This document shows positions 23,813 through 37,249 of a DNA stretch of 64,000 nucleotides, piece by piece (within the stretch, counting starts at the first letter, position 1; each line of letters opens with the position of its first letter). The notes below the pieces were generated by a model. That model was given only the letters and a program-made list of their open reading frames with translations. It was not told the DNA's origin and did not search any database. This DNA comes from Lama glama (Eukaryota), in the NCBI GenBank assembly GCA_028534125.1, contig CM052832.1, forward strand, positions 5,768,001-5,832,000, written 5' to 3'. Position numbers and translations under genes: made by a program.

Positions 23813-26014
23813 AGGCACAGACAAAAGAAATTGAAGGCATAATTAGGTGCAAGTCAGATATAAGTCAACTTGTTTAAGGAAATAGCACATCAGTCCCGAT
23901 GAACTCCTCTCTAAACGCTGTCACGGTGTTTGAAGGCCTCCCCTGACGTGGTTTGGTACATGGGGAGGAGAATATTAAGACAGCCTCGGGTGTGATGTGA
24001 ACGAGAGGTGGCAGAAGCACGGGGTGTGCCGGCTGGTGTTACTCCACCTGAGTTCCTGCAGGCGTCTGAACAACGCAGTGCCTGCAACACATCCTGCTTT
24101 TACAAGAATCCAACATATTCATTCCTTCCCGCATTGGGACCATAGAGCAGATCTCCAAATGCAATGTAAGGCCGCAAATGAGGGGTAGCAACAGGGACGC
24201 TCTAGTTCACTGTTGATATTATATTTTAATTTATGTATTTCACCTTACACGGTCAGGCTGTGTGCAACATGTGAAAACAACGTAAAGGGGTATGGCTTTC
24301 ATTCTATGATGAGAGACTCCTGAAAAAGTTCTCATTTCTGAATCGGTGACTCTATCACGCAAAAACAATTTACTGGAAATGAACTATTCGCTGTAAATAA
24401 TACCAAAGAAGCAGTTAGATATCTTCTTTCAACTGGAGTTACCTTGCTACATGAACCTTGTTTAATTTTAGACATAGGAAGAATGAAATATTTAAAGACT
24501 TAAATCATACTGTGCCCATCCAATCATTTCAGTTGTATTATCAGATTTAGAAGTATGAAAATTTATTTTAAATCTCTCTTTTCAAAACTGACGTAGATTT
24601 TACAGTCAATATAAATAACACCTTTCACCAAAAGATGAAGATACCAGAATCAAAGTAGGTAAGGGAGAAAGTGAGTGAATATGTAAATTTGGGGTTTGGG
24701 GGAAGTGATGGAATAAAGAGCTGTCATTTCATCTGAATTTAATCCCAAATGCTTTATGAAGAAGGTACAGTTTTAGACGCTTAAGGAAGATATTTAGAAT
24801 AAAGAACTTAGAAATGTGAACTAAAAATCGTGCTAGTCATTTTAATTCTTCATAACTGTGCTTTAGCAAACTAAGTCACACCTATGAATTTTTATGCTAC
24901 TAAATTAAGTTACTGGATTTAGATCAGCAAAATATGTGGGAAACCAAGCGTGTTAATTTTTTCTTTTTTCTTGCCTTAATATTGAGAAAGTTTTCATATA
25001 TAATAACTTTCAATGTAATCATTTTATGAGGAATTTGGTGGGCATGGACATACATGGACATAAAGTATACACGAATGTTTTAAGTTGGGAGCAGATGATC
25101 ATGCTGTTCTGCAAAGAGTTTCGAAGGACGACACCCTAAGTATTTAGCAGGATAATCGAATGAAACGTAACAACTTAATCATTTGCAAATTTTATGAATA
25201 AGTCATTTCTTTTATAATGTGTGGCAATCAATGGGTAACTGTTCAGGGAAATAATATAATCATCAGGGAAATTTTGTGGTTCACAATGAGGGAGAAAGGA
25301 GCTGTTGTTATTATTGTACCTGTAGTAAGGCGTTTTTCCCTCACAAATGAGGACTGGCCTCCATAAATAACATCCTCTTGACTTTTAAAATAATGTGAAA
25401 ACCATGATTTTCCAACCCTTGATCGACTCGTGTGATACTGCCAAAGCCCAAACTCAGTTGCCTGGAGCTGCGTCTGAACCCGGTTCATCTTGCAGGATTC
25501 ATTAGGAATTTGCAAACACTTAAAATGTTTTCTAGTATCTTATTGAGACGTGTGGTCAGGATGGATGTTCATACTCATTTTGAAAATTCTCCAAACTAAA
25601 ACTGAATGGTCTCAGGCAAGCTGTCGCTATTGCACAGAACTGGGGCCCTTGCAGATCAAGGGGAAGGACTCTTCCCTGAGAAACACGTGGACTCCGCCCC
25701 AGGTGGCCCTGCAGGGCTGGCAGTGGAGGGGTGGTCTTCCATTCACCGGTGTGCCCGTGGCTCCTGATCTTTCATTACAGATGCCAGCCCAGCCTGCCCC
25801 TTGGTTGACTGTCAGAGCTTGTGGTTCCTCCTTTAATCGGCCAAGTAGAATTTCTGCAGGCTAGTTTCTTGTCAAAAGTGTAATCTGAAACTCACCCCTC
25901 CTGTGACCAAGGGTGCAGCAACAAGAAACGATATTTATTGTGTGCAGCTTAAATTGTGTGTAGTCTTCCTTCTAGATAGTCTACACTTTTTCCCCTTTGA
26001 TGGATCATAGCTTA

Positions 26015-26245
26015 AGCTTTATGCCAGGATGCTCTCCTAAACCCTTCACACTTATCAACTTAATTTAATCCTCGGGAGAAATTTTGAGGTGGTGACAGTG
26101 TTACTATGCTTTATAGATGACTACATTGAGCCAGGGGGATAAAGTAATTTGTTCAATCATACAGAGCCAGGAAGTCGCAAAGTTGGGGTCCAAACTCAGG
26201 CAATTTGTCCACACAGCCCGGCCCTTAGCCCTTACGCTGTACTGT
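26015..26245 (-). mobile_element. MIR SINE
   Basis: tatgccaggatgctctcctaaacccttcacacttatcaacttaatttaatcctc...ttatagatgactacattgag...aagtaatttgttcaatcatacagag. Confidence 0.7.
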
Positions 26246-29200
26246 GAACAGCCAGCCGTGCACTTGTACCGGAATCTTCAGGTCCCTCAGACTGTGCCTT
26301 TTTGAGCTTTGCTTTGGCGTTGAGCCACCTGCTGTATTAAGGGCTGTCTTATGAAACTCACCATTGGACATATTGAAAAATATTACTTTGGGTACAGTTC
26401 ATGACATTGTACCAAGTACCCTTTAGGGAAAAAAATCTCTCTCAGGTGTCAGAAACAAAAACACCAAAAAATCTGTGCTTTCATCATGCAGACATCATTC
26501 ATCTCATTCTCATAACTTAGTGTGTTTGCCCCTTGATTTCAGCCACTAGAAAGCTCCAAACCTAATTTTTCTTCACATCTATCTCCCATCTTAGCCCTCT
26601 TGCATTTTGTGCACTGACCCTGCCTGTTATTCAGCTACATTTACTCCCTTGTTCTATCATTTGTGCCGCTTTAAATAACTTCAAAGGCGTTTTTAAGTGC
26701 AAGCATGAAAACAAACTATCATTATTACTAACACATCCAGTAAAGATGGCATCGTGCTTCTTGATCAAGACGTGCACTGCTCCAAGGAGTGTGAAATGTT
26801 ATCAGTACCTGTGTCAGGTCAGCAAGCATTGTAGGGTCAGCCAGCCGTCAGTAACAGAAGGGTGAACACTTTCACCTCCAAGTCCGCAGCCACCCAGGCT
26901 TCCCTGTCTTCAGCAGAGGTGTTCGGGAGACATCAGGCTTGCATTCAAAAGCTGAAGGGAGATGGGAAAAATCTGAGAGTCAAGTCCTATGGGGCCTGGA
27001 AAGGAACAGAATAGATCAGAGCCCCTTCCCAGACTGTAGAGGTAGGGAGGAGATCTGGAAGCAGAGAGACAGGAAAAAAAAAAAGAAGAAGAAGAACGAT
27101 GAGATTCTCGTGTCCAACTTAGAATTTATGAGAAACAAAGGTCTCCTGGAATAAGCCATCCAGTCAGAGCCTTACTGGAATCAACTGAAGCATGTAATTT
27201 AAGAGAAATGCCTCCAGAATGCCTCTCCCTGCATCTGGGATTCTAGTATTGGAGATTCATTTGGACTAATAAGAAAACGCTCCCAGGAGGTGTGGGAAGC
27301 GTCCCAGTTACATGAGCCTGTCAACTCATATAATTAGTTAGCTTTCCTGAGAGCTTGCTGAGATGAGCTGAGGGGACCAGGCCTTTGATGGGTGTGAGAG
27401 ACAAGAGGGACAGCGGGGAGTTTAAGCTCGGGGCACTCCAGAAAATACGAGCCCGAGTGCCGGCCTTAGCGGGAGGATTTGACGTGGGAGAAAAATGCTG
27501 AGTGCAATCCTGGACACATTGAGCTTTTGGTGCCTTTGGAGCATGCAAGTGAAGAGACTGGGAACCATTTGATTATGTGACCCAGAAACTCCGAAGGACT
27601 GAGAGAGGACGGGCAGGTGGTGTGACGCCTCATGGTTAGCCAGGGGCAGAACAGCCCTTCCCGCCCCATCAGCCTGGTCCCAGAGCTACTGCTCTTAACA
27701 ACCATTCCTTGCAGCTTCCACAATAGGAGGAAAGAGGTGGAATAGTAACAAGCAAGGGAGTGTTTCTATAAAGAGGGAGATTTGGTGTAGAGAAAAATGT
27801 GGAGGGTTGGACGGAGTGGTTCCCCCGCTGCATGGAATTTGCAGCCTTGTGTGGTCTTCTCCTGTGTTGTGTCCCTGGAAGCCTGGAGTCCCTGGATCAT
27901 TGCACCTGCAGACTTCAATTTCCCCACCGATAAAATCACCAGAGGATTCACGATCCATCGCCTGGGAGCATTCCCCAGCCCCTTTGTGAAAAGCATTATT
28001 ATCACCCCTGCTATTGTTATGCTAATGATGCCTTTTAACAGCTTCAGGCCAAAAGAGGAATCTATGTGTATATTCCGAGACTATACCGCCTAAGTGAGAA
28101 TGAGAACGAGAACGTATTGTTTCTTCGCATCCTACTTGGGGAATATGCTGAAGAAGCAAATAGCATTTTAACAGCAAGTAGGAGAAACATTGTGCTGCTC
28201 TTCAGAAGTCAGGCCTGTAAAACGTCTGCTTTTTTGCCCTTTCAAAGCCTGTGTCTTTGCTCTGAGCTCAGTCTGCTGCTTCTCCTCCCACTCACTTCTT
28301 TCCCCCTTTTCCTTCTTTTTCATACACTTTAGAAAAACCATGCTGTCATCTAGCCGCTGATTTAAGGATGCTGACCCAGCTTCATCCGCAAGGCATGGAG
28401 GTTGATGGAACTGGTCAAGACAAGCTTCTCACCTAAGAGTATACATTTTGTCACAGGAAAAGTGAATCTAAGAAGCTGTAGGAAATGCTGTAGAACAAAA
28501 AGCAGGAGGTAGGCCCCTTGTGGGGGCCTGGCCTCTGGCTCACTGAGTGCCGGCTGCTCCCACTGGTGTGAAATGAAGAACTAAAGGGAACAGAGAAGGG
28601 CCACACCCAACCGCAGGCAAATACCTGACAATGAACGGGACTGTCGCGGTGGCTGGCGTTGCCTCAGTGTCCGTGAATCACCTTGAAAACAGCACCACAG
28701 TGTGCAGGACCCCACTTCCCAGGCTCTGACTCAAACCCCTTTCTAGTAATTCCTCTCTGGAAACTCACAATTCCGCACCTGTGGGCTTAAATGGCACCAG
28801 GGTGTCGTCAACTAAAACGCAATGGCGATTTGTCAGAGTTTACAACCTCTTTACTTCCTGTGAGAAGGAGAGGGATAAAGTTAGGTATGTTTTCTTCAAA
28901 ACAGGCAAATACTCAGATGCTTGCCAGGTTCAGTGAGCAAGGATTACCATGGATTGATACGGAAGCATCCCTTTGGGTTTATCAGATACTCTTCCTTATA
29001 TGGGTTTATTAAAGACAAATGTAAAGATTAAAGAATAATGACTTGCCACCTGGGTGCAGGTAGGTTCTGGGTATTCAGTGACCTACTTGAATTTTTTTTT
29101 TTTTTTTACTTCTGCTCAATCTTCTTCCTGAGTTAAAATCCCTAGTTCAAGTAAGCGTTTTCATTTTGATGTGTAAATTGTCTTTTTTATGTGGGTGACT

Positions 29201-29554
29201 TTACTTGCCAGTTTCATTCTCATTTTGTACTGTTTATACAGAAGATGCTGCGCATCAAGTTGCTTACATAGCATTCGATAGGGATTCACATTTAAATTGT
29301 CTAGTTACTAAAATTGCGCTAGGTACCAATTCATTAGTTTTAATAACAGCTTTATTCTGAATGCAGCTACCTTTAGTGCCCCACTACTTAAAAATATTCT
29401 CTGTACCCCAGATGTGGCTGGATTCAGCTCGGATCTTACTCTCGTTTAGGAATTTTACTCTAATGCGGAAAGCCCATGGTTATTTATAACATTTTTCCTC
29501 TTAAGCACCATTATAATAAGTTCCTTATATTAGCACACTGCACATGAATTCATG

Positions 29555-29650
29555 CATTCAACATTAAAAACACATTTATTGAGTATCAACTGCACCAAAA
29601 CCTGAGCCTCTGGGAGAAGAAAGGTGATTAGGACTTGGTCCCTGTCCTCA
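29555..29650 (-). mobile_element. L2 3' end (antisense)
   Basis: cattcaac...acatttattgagtatcaact...ggacttggtccctgtcctca. Confidence 0.55.
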
Positions 29651-32050
29651 CGACCAAGCAGAGCAGGCAAAAGTGGAAACTGGAGCTTCTATGCACCAGG
29701 ATAGATGCTGCAATGTGATACAGGGTAACTGTATGTAACACAACAGCTCAGGGTTCCACACAAGGCATAGAGCTGTAGCAAAGGTCAGGTCTTCGGAACT
29801 GGGAGGACTCAGGGAGATAAAATTCTTAAAGGGGGAGATACTGGTGATTTAATCCAAATCAATGAAGACTAAAGAAAATGCTAAAAAGCAACTTGAGACT
29901 TCTCTTCCTCAGTAGTCCAGAGAGGCCTTTTTGGAATTTCATCCCTAGTTGCAGGTCCCTGCCTTAAGATCCCCTTTCATTCAGCATTCCTTTAGATTTA
30001 TTTCCTTCTCGCTGACTTTTCTACTTACGGAAATAATTGTCAGTGCCAGTTGTAGAAACCATTCCTTGCTAACCTGGAAATGAAAATCTCTCACTCATCT
30101 TAAATGATGCTCTTTCCAAAATTATTTGAATAGGCTGTTTCTTTAGTGCCATGGGAACAGTTCTGGAAATCTCAACCACCTGGAAGTCTCTTTGTCTGTG
30201 TGGACGTAGGTAAGCCATTATCCTAGAAAAACAGAGCCGCTGAATGAGGGACTCCCTCTAACGTCACATGGGCCACAAACTGTTTATATGAAGAATGATA
30301 AGCAGAACAAAACAAAGCAAGATGAAAACCCATTTACGTTGTGATTTATTTATTTTGAAAAAATAACACAGTGTATTATGGAGCAAGAATAAGAATAAAA
30401 ATAAAAATAAGAAGGGGGAGGAGGAAGGAGAAGAGGCAATTGTTTTTTTTTTTTTTCTGGAAGCACAAACTTAATAGCAAGACAGAAGTTAGAAATGGTC
30501 AGTTCCCGTTCAGGTTATTTTCTCCTTAACCGTCATATTACAAGTGAATTTACACAGAAGCGTAAACCATATTTTAAAGACTGTGCATGCTCGCATTTTT
30601 CACTTGAGGAAACATTGTTTCCCTCCTTGCATCTGCAGCTGGGAATAAAGCATTTCTCCCCAAAACCAAGCCTGAGACAAGTTAAGCCCGTGAAACTGTT
30701 CCTGGTGAGACCTCATCTGTGTGCAGAAGGGCCCCAGCGTGACCCGGCAGAGCCGAGCTGGTGCAGAGGAAGGCAGTCCGGGGAGAGTAAACCTCGGATT
30801 GAAAGGGATTCTGGCCTCAGAATAACCACCCTTAGGAAAAGTGATAGAGTAGGTTTGCAGTGACATGGTCAGGCCACTCATTTTTTCACATGAGCACTGT
30901 TTATTCATGTTGATAAAATCCTGGTCCCAGGGGCCCCCCAACTTTTGGGGGTTTGAGCTCCTAATGAGGGTACAGAAGAAAGCAGTTTTATGGGCAGGGC
31001 GGGGACAGCACAGCCTGTCTGGCAGTGGTTTGAGAAGTCAAGAGCTTGAGTTGTAGTCATTCAGTCGACCTGCGCCTTCCCCAGAAAAGGAGGGTCCTGA
31101 GGGGAGGAGGTCGGCGGGGGCCACATGTCCATCAGTCCATCCCAGCCCCAATCTCTTGCATCCACTCTCCTCTTGGGTTCTGAACTTCTGTGTCCACTGG
31201 GGCAAAACGAAGACACAGGATGGTCTTATGCACTGGTGGAATGAAGAGGCAACCAGTACCCATATACACTGTTGATACCAACAGGGCATATCTGCTTCCT
31301 GAGGCCTGTCTTATTACTGTGTAATCATTTGAATGGCCTTTGATACGGAAGCCCTATTTCCATCCACAGGGAAGTTTCCCAGAAGGGTCTGGAAAAGGAC
31401 CTCCAAGTTGATTCCAACCTGCTCCAGGAGGAAAGACCGCTGTTATTTATGGGCCGGGCCCCATGTTCTCCACATAGTGGCAGATTTCATCCTCAGGACA
31501 ACCCTGGTGGCGAGGGACCGCTGCCCTCTCTTCCTGGATGTGCATCAGTATAAAGCACATGCTCCCAAGCACAGAGACGCATAGCAAAGAGGTTGCTCCC
31601 CATGCCCACTGCCAGAGCCAGGGGTAGACCCTGAACCTGGGCGCCGTTAGTTGCTGGTGGTGGAGCTTCAGCAAAGGAATCGGGACATACACACACACCG
31701 CTGGAGTGGCTAATCTCTGCTCTCCTGGTGTCTCCCTCCCTGCCGCGGGAGCTGGGCTCATGTCCCTCCTCCTGCTGCAGCAGAGGTCTGTGGCAGAGAT
31801 CTGAAGCCAGGGATTCTGCTGTGCTTCATGGAAACTTAACCTGGTGGAAAGCATTGAGCTGATTGTACCTGGGGTGGAGAGGGGAGGACCTCTGAGAACA
31901 GAGAGGGAGAGAGAAATGAAGAAAAATACAATAATAAATAAAGATATATTCATCTAAGCTGTTTAAGATAACAGTATGAAAGATGATGAAATCTATAAAT
32001 TTTCCAAAAAATTCATGGATTTTTTTTATTTATCTCAATCCATATGAGAT

Positions 32051-32099
32051 AAAAGAAAGAAAGAAAAGAAGAAAGGAATGAAGGAAGGAAGGAAGGAAA
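32051..32099 (+). repeat. (GAAA/GGAA)n polypurine tract
   Basis: aaaagaaagaaagaaaagaagaaaggaatgaaggaaggaaggaaggaaa. Confidence 0.85.
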
Positions 32100-32802
32100 C
32101 ATTGACTTTTAAAGAGGAAAGACAATTTAATCCAGTATTTTCATTAAAAAAATAAAAACCAGAAAATCCAAGGCCTAGGTATATAAAATGTACTAGAAGA
32201 GGTGAATCGGATAATTGTAGACGCCGAATTAGACCCTCAGTCTCAGCTCCTGCTAGAAGGTTCTTCTCCTGTACCTTTTCTATGTGGCATCCGGATTGGT
32301 TTCTACATCTTATATATTTCATCTTATACCATTTAGATTAAAAGGTGGCTGTTCTGCTGTCACTTTTCATTATTTACCCAAATAATCCTGGACAAGGGGC
32401 TCAGGAAAATGTGAGTGGCATCACCTGGAGTAAGCCGGAACTCCTGGACCAAAGGACCACCAGCTCCTGTGAATCCCCCACGTGGTGGAGGCTGTCACAG
32501 GCCACAGACTCGGAGACTTGTGACTGGCAAAATATGAAGGAGTCATGATGCTTCTGGCTTTCTTTAGGGTTGTAGCCAGTCCCAAAGGGACTTGTCAGAT
32601 CCTCGGGGAACAAACTCTTTGCTTTGATTGCAAGAGTTGGTGCCACATATCAGAGAAGAACTTTCATGGCCAAGAAAATGAAGAGTGTTAGGAAACTACC
32701 CTGCCAGCCCCACCTGTCCCTTTGCCTACAGGTAGCTGTAGATACTCATCACAAAACAATGTACTAACCAACAGGCAGTAGGAAAAAATGACTCGTCGTA
32801 GG

Positions 32803-33100
32803 TCACTCAACAAATATTCATTTAATGCTCTCTTTGTCCCAGATATTTTTCTGGGGACTAGACATACAGCAATAGATCAAAGTCCCTTCCTTCATGAAGC
32901 TTACGTGCTGGGGAAGGAGACCACCGCTGTCAGGAACAAAAAGCAGGTTTAATATCACGTCTGGTTACAAGGGCTACGCAGAAAAGCAAGTCCACCGAAG
33001 GGGACAGAAAAGGATGGGAAATGCTGTTTACAGGGGTCATCAGAAGGGCTTTCTCTGAGGAGGCGACATTCAGGAAGAGCTTTGCATTAAGTGGGTAAAA
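32803..33100 (-). mobile_element. L2 3' end (antisense)
   Basis: cactcaacaaatattcatttaatgc...ggggactagacatacagcaatag...gtcccttccttcatgaagcttac...gggtcatcagaagggctttctctgaggaggcgacattc. Confidence 0.75.
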
Positions 33101-33264
33101 GGAAAGAAAGAAACTCATAGAGGTAAAGAGGGTGTTTGTGTTCTTTATTTGGGAATCTATTACAGTCTGCTCTCAACTGTTGTTTTTTTTTTTTTGAACG
33201 AAACTCAGTAAAAATTCAGCCAGGGTTCTTGAACCTATTCCTTCAAAATGCCAGTTACAAAATG

Positions 33265-33470
33265 CATGTTATGGGCCAGACACTGTGTTGAGTGGGTCAC
33301 GTACCTTATGTCCGAGAATCCTTACAAGGTTATAAGGGAAATGTCATGATCTTCATTTTGCAAGTAGGGTGACTGAGACTCCAGGGGGTAAGAAACCAGC
33401 CCAACATAATTGACAGCAAGTGGCAGGGCTAAGATTCACCCCTGGGTCCATCCACCTGACGTGACCTCCA
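33265..33470 (-). mobile_element. MIR SINE
   Basis: tatgggccagacactgtgttgagtg...cttcattttgcaagtagggtgactgagactccagggggtaagaaaccagcccaac...aagtggcagggctaagattcaccc. Confidence 0.7.
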
Positions 33471-35665
33471 GACACGCCCCCGCATTTTGAATGCCTCCCC
33501 GCCACTGAGGTCCAAAGCTGCCTTAATCTTCACTTCAGCGGTCACCTGAAACAGCCCGTTAGACACCCTGCTCTTTCTCTCTCCCTTCCTCTCCTGCTCA
33601 TTCGGAAGTGAGGCTCCTCTCTCTGGGCTTCTCCACATGGTCAGGACTCCTTCACGCTGGGCGGTGACAGGACTGTCTTGATCAGGAGTGGCCTGGACCA
33701 ACCATCTGGCTGAGCAGGTGAGACGGCCGCTCAGGAGAGGACAAGGCTCAGAAGAACAGGTGGTAACGGTGACCATGACATGGAATTCCATGTAGAAATC
33801 GGTCAGAGAAGGAAGCATGCAGTGGGCAAGACGCAGAGCCTACACAGGTAGATTTAGGGCAGCATCAATAAGAACTGGAGGTGTCCAGGAGACCCCCAGC
33901 TGGAGATGGTTCCTTGCACTCCATTCACATAGTGTTGGTGGCAGCCTTCAGCCCAGCCCCATGAAACATCACTCAGAAATCAGAGGACTTCATGGGATCA
34001 CTGCCCTTGGCTGGGACAGGGAACTTGTGCCAGGGACACTGAGGTGACATCGTCCCCTGAGCTGATTCCAGGGAACCTCTTTACCTTTGCAATCAGGTTT
34101 TTTGCTTATTCAAACTCCTATTTCTGTCCAGCAAATAAAAGTTAAGACAAGGAAAATCTAATAAGGAGCCTTTGCTATTGACCATGGTTTTATAGGCGCT
34201 GTCCTCTTAAATGAGAACCGTAAATCTCAAACTTAACACCATCTACACTCTTTGCATTGCGGGCAAGGAAAGGAATTGAAGGACAGGCACAGGAACAGCA
34301 TGGTCTGGTTATGTCGAGTTGGGGAGGCAGCAGGAGTTCCATTGTTCACCCCTAGACATCTGGTGGGAACTGACAGAGAGCTGTAGCCAGTCTTGGGTAT
34401 TTTACACTCCGCCTCGTGCAAATAAATGTATCTTTACACATAAGGACTCTGGAAAGACGAGACATTAAAAAAATGTTTGATACTATAACTTGTGAAAGGA
34501 CAAGAGATCTTTGATTATGTTGGTGGGAAGGGCAGTAAGACAACTAGAATTTCTTAAAAAAAAAAAATACAGTGTACTATGTATTACGGAGTCCCAGAAA
34601 TTAGGAGGAAGAAAGTCTGCCAAGAAAATAAGGTCATTTCCTCAAGCACATTAGCAGAATCTCTCTGTGGAATATGATGATTTTCCCCCTTACATTTTAC
34701 ATTTGCAGACTATTTTAAAATATCATTTCTGGGATGAAAAGATTTAACTAATGGCTCATGGATTACTACGTAGTCAGCTTGATTAATGTGGTTGGCATGT
34801 GGTTCCCTGACATCCTCGGCCTGCATCAATCCGTAAGGCATCGGCTGAGAATGGAGACAAGAAGAATCGAATAGGAACTAAGGGCTAAGAAAAGCACAAT
34901 AAATAACCAGACAGGCCAGCGCAGGTGGTAGGAGCTACCAGAACAGTATTAGCAATAGAGAGACATGTAGGCAACAATGAATCTCAGTTGAACTCTTAAT
35001 TATAATTGGGAATAAGATAAGCAAAGAGAGTTAGGCTGGAAAACCAGTAACAAGAGTCACACTTGATCCTAAGTTTAAATGACCGTCCTCTGAACTAGGA
35101 GACCATATACACTTATTTTTATCAGAGTCCTGTTGCAGATGGGCTGAGCCTGCAGTGAGGGACTGGCCGGCTGTAAACATAGACATAGAGTTGACTGCAC
35201 AAGGGCGCCTGACCAAGGGAGTAAGTTGATATTGGAATCCAGCTCAGGCTTTGCTTGCTCTGTGTGGGCTTGGATCCACCCGGAGGAAGGGGTAACTTTT
35301 TCTGATTCCCACAATCAGCCCTTTGGCCAAGTCATGAACTGAAGGAATTGCAGCTGTCTTGAGGACACTGCCTCTCGCTAATGCCTACACGGGGGCCAAC
35401 AGAGCCAGTGGACGCCCCGGTGGTGGAAAGCAGACGGACGCGTCCGGAGTGGGAAAGTAGGGGGTGAAGAAAGAGAGGACTGGGGAGGGGGAGAAGGGAA
35501 AAGACATGGAAGAGTCAGAGGGAAGGGCTCAAATCAAGATACAAAACCTGAAAATTTTAAAAAATTAAGTGTATCTCATGATGATTTCTTTCAACAACTT
35601 TCTGGCATTCAGGAAACTTCTCAAAATTAACGTTCATCTGAAAATGAAAAGTTGAATGCAATATC

Positions 35666-36148
35666 TGTGTTAGTCAAGATTAGGCTGAGCTGTGAGCAAC
35701 AGAAATCTGTAAAATAGCAACTTGAACAAAATAGAAATCTGTTCTTCTCTCACATGGAAGTTTGGATGTGGACAGTCCAGGGCTGGCGGAGTGACTGTCT
35801 TGTCATCAGGGACCCGTGTGCCTCCAGGCAGCCAGCTACCAAGGCTGCCTTTGTTCTCATGGCCCAAGATAAAGATTTAACCATCATATCCATGTTTTAA
35901 GCATCAAGATGGAAGAAGTACGTAAGGGGTCCATACCACTGCCTCTTAAAGAAGTTTCCTTGGTAGCTGATACATTTTCACTAATATACTATTGGCTAGA
36001 ATTTAGTCACACGGCCACACCTTGCTACAAGGGAGGCTGGAAAATGTCTTATTTCAAGTGGCCTTAAGCAAAGCTCAAAGCTAGGGCTTCTAAAACATGG
36101 GGGTGGGGGCATGGATATTTGGGTAAGAAAATGCTAGTCTCTAACACA
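35666..36148 (-). mobile_element. MLT1J-like ERVL-MaLR solo LTR
   Basis: TGtgttagtcaagattaggctg...gtccagggctgg...attggctagaatttagtcacacggccacaccttgctacaagggaggctggaaaatgt...tctctaacaCA. Confidence 0.8.
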
Positions 36149-37249
36149 GAGACAAAAGTTGAGATTGAAAACAAAGCCCACGGCTCTTACCAGTTAATTG
36201 GCAAAGAATAAATTTAACCACGTAGCAAGCAGGAGGGTAGATGTGTGATGTGCTAATATTTAGAGAAATGTCAATTAAAGCAGAGAGGTGGCGCTTTCTC
36301 TCCTCAAATTAACCCCAAAAAGAAAAACAGAAAGAAATTTGGTGACTAGTTGATGGTAGAGTGTAATAGTTAACAGTAGTTATCTTGCTGCAGTGGAGTC
36401 CCACTACCAATGATTTTTTTTTTTTTCAGAAGAGCTTGTCTTAAATTGAGAGAAGGGACAATAATATCCTTTTTTAAGGTGTTAGCCAGGTTTTGTTTTT
36501 TTTTAAACTATGGCCTCTTTGTTTAAGTTTTGCAGCAGACAATTTTGGACCTCGTCCTGGTCACCTGAATGGACAGTGTGGTAAATGGAATTACACTTTA
36601 GTGTTTATCTTCTCTTCTTTCTACCTCCTGTAATCTCAACAACAATCGGCAGAATCCATTTAGCTGCACTTAAGAGATTCCCAGTCCTCTTGTCTTGTTC
36701 TTTCCTTTGACATTAGGTGGTTGTCCCTATTCTCTTGAGAACAGAATTTTAGCTAAAACCCTATGCGTTACCCATGATCTAGTTCTTCACACTGTGTTTA
36801 CTTGCTTGTCCAGGCTCACATCTTTGTAATGTTTCTCTCTAATTATGGCTGTGTGTGTGGATTTTTATAAGTGTCGTGGGGCCAAACAGAAGACACTGGT
36901 AAGGAGTGGGCTTGGGAGAAACGGCCTATTTAGCGGGCAAGAACTGTGCGTGCACATGTTGGTTGAGTCCACACTGGATGATGATTGCAAAATTTATCTT
37001 CAGACCTCCCCTCTCCTCTGGGACACAGATGCATGCAGACAACATTTCCATTTCAGTGCATCATTAAGCATCTAAAAATGTATCCTAGAGGGAACAGAGC
37101 ACTTGATCCTCTCACCTGCATCCACCTGCCCCTTCCCCAGCCTCCGCATCCAACCTGCACATTAATGAAATCACAAGCACACACACGATTGCTCGGGCAA
37201 AAATCCTACAGTCATTTTTTTTTTAAATTTTGCTCATATCCTTCTTCTC

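Noticed and set aside
23314..23877. 187-aa ORF
   Set aside because: Lies within an L2 3' remnant; no recognisable domain.
31447..31953. 168-aa ORF with hydrophobic N-terminus
   Set aside because: The hydrophobic stretch comes from a low-complexity purine tract on the + strand; no recognisable homology or exon structure.
35435..35446. 12-bp palindrome cggacgcgtccg (also ccaccgcggtgg at 44350-44361)
   Set aside because: Several 12-bp palindromes are expected by chance in 64 kb, and the surrounding CpG clusters are too short for CpG islands.
36278..36297. CTCF-like AGGTGGCGCT
   Set aside because: The upstream half of the core matches the consensus poorly.
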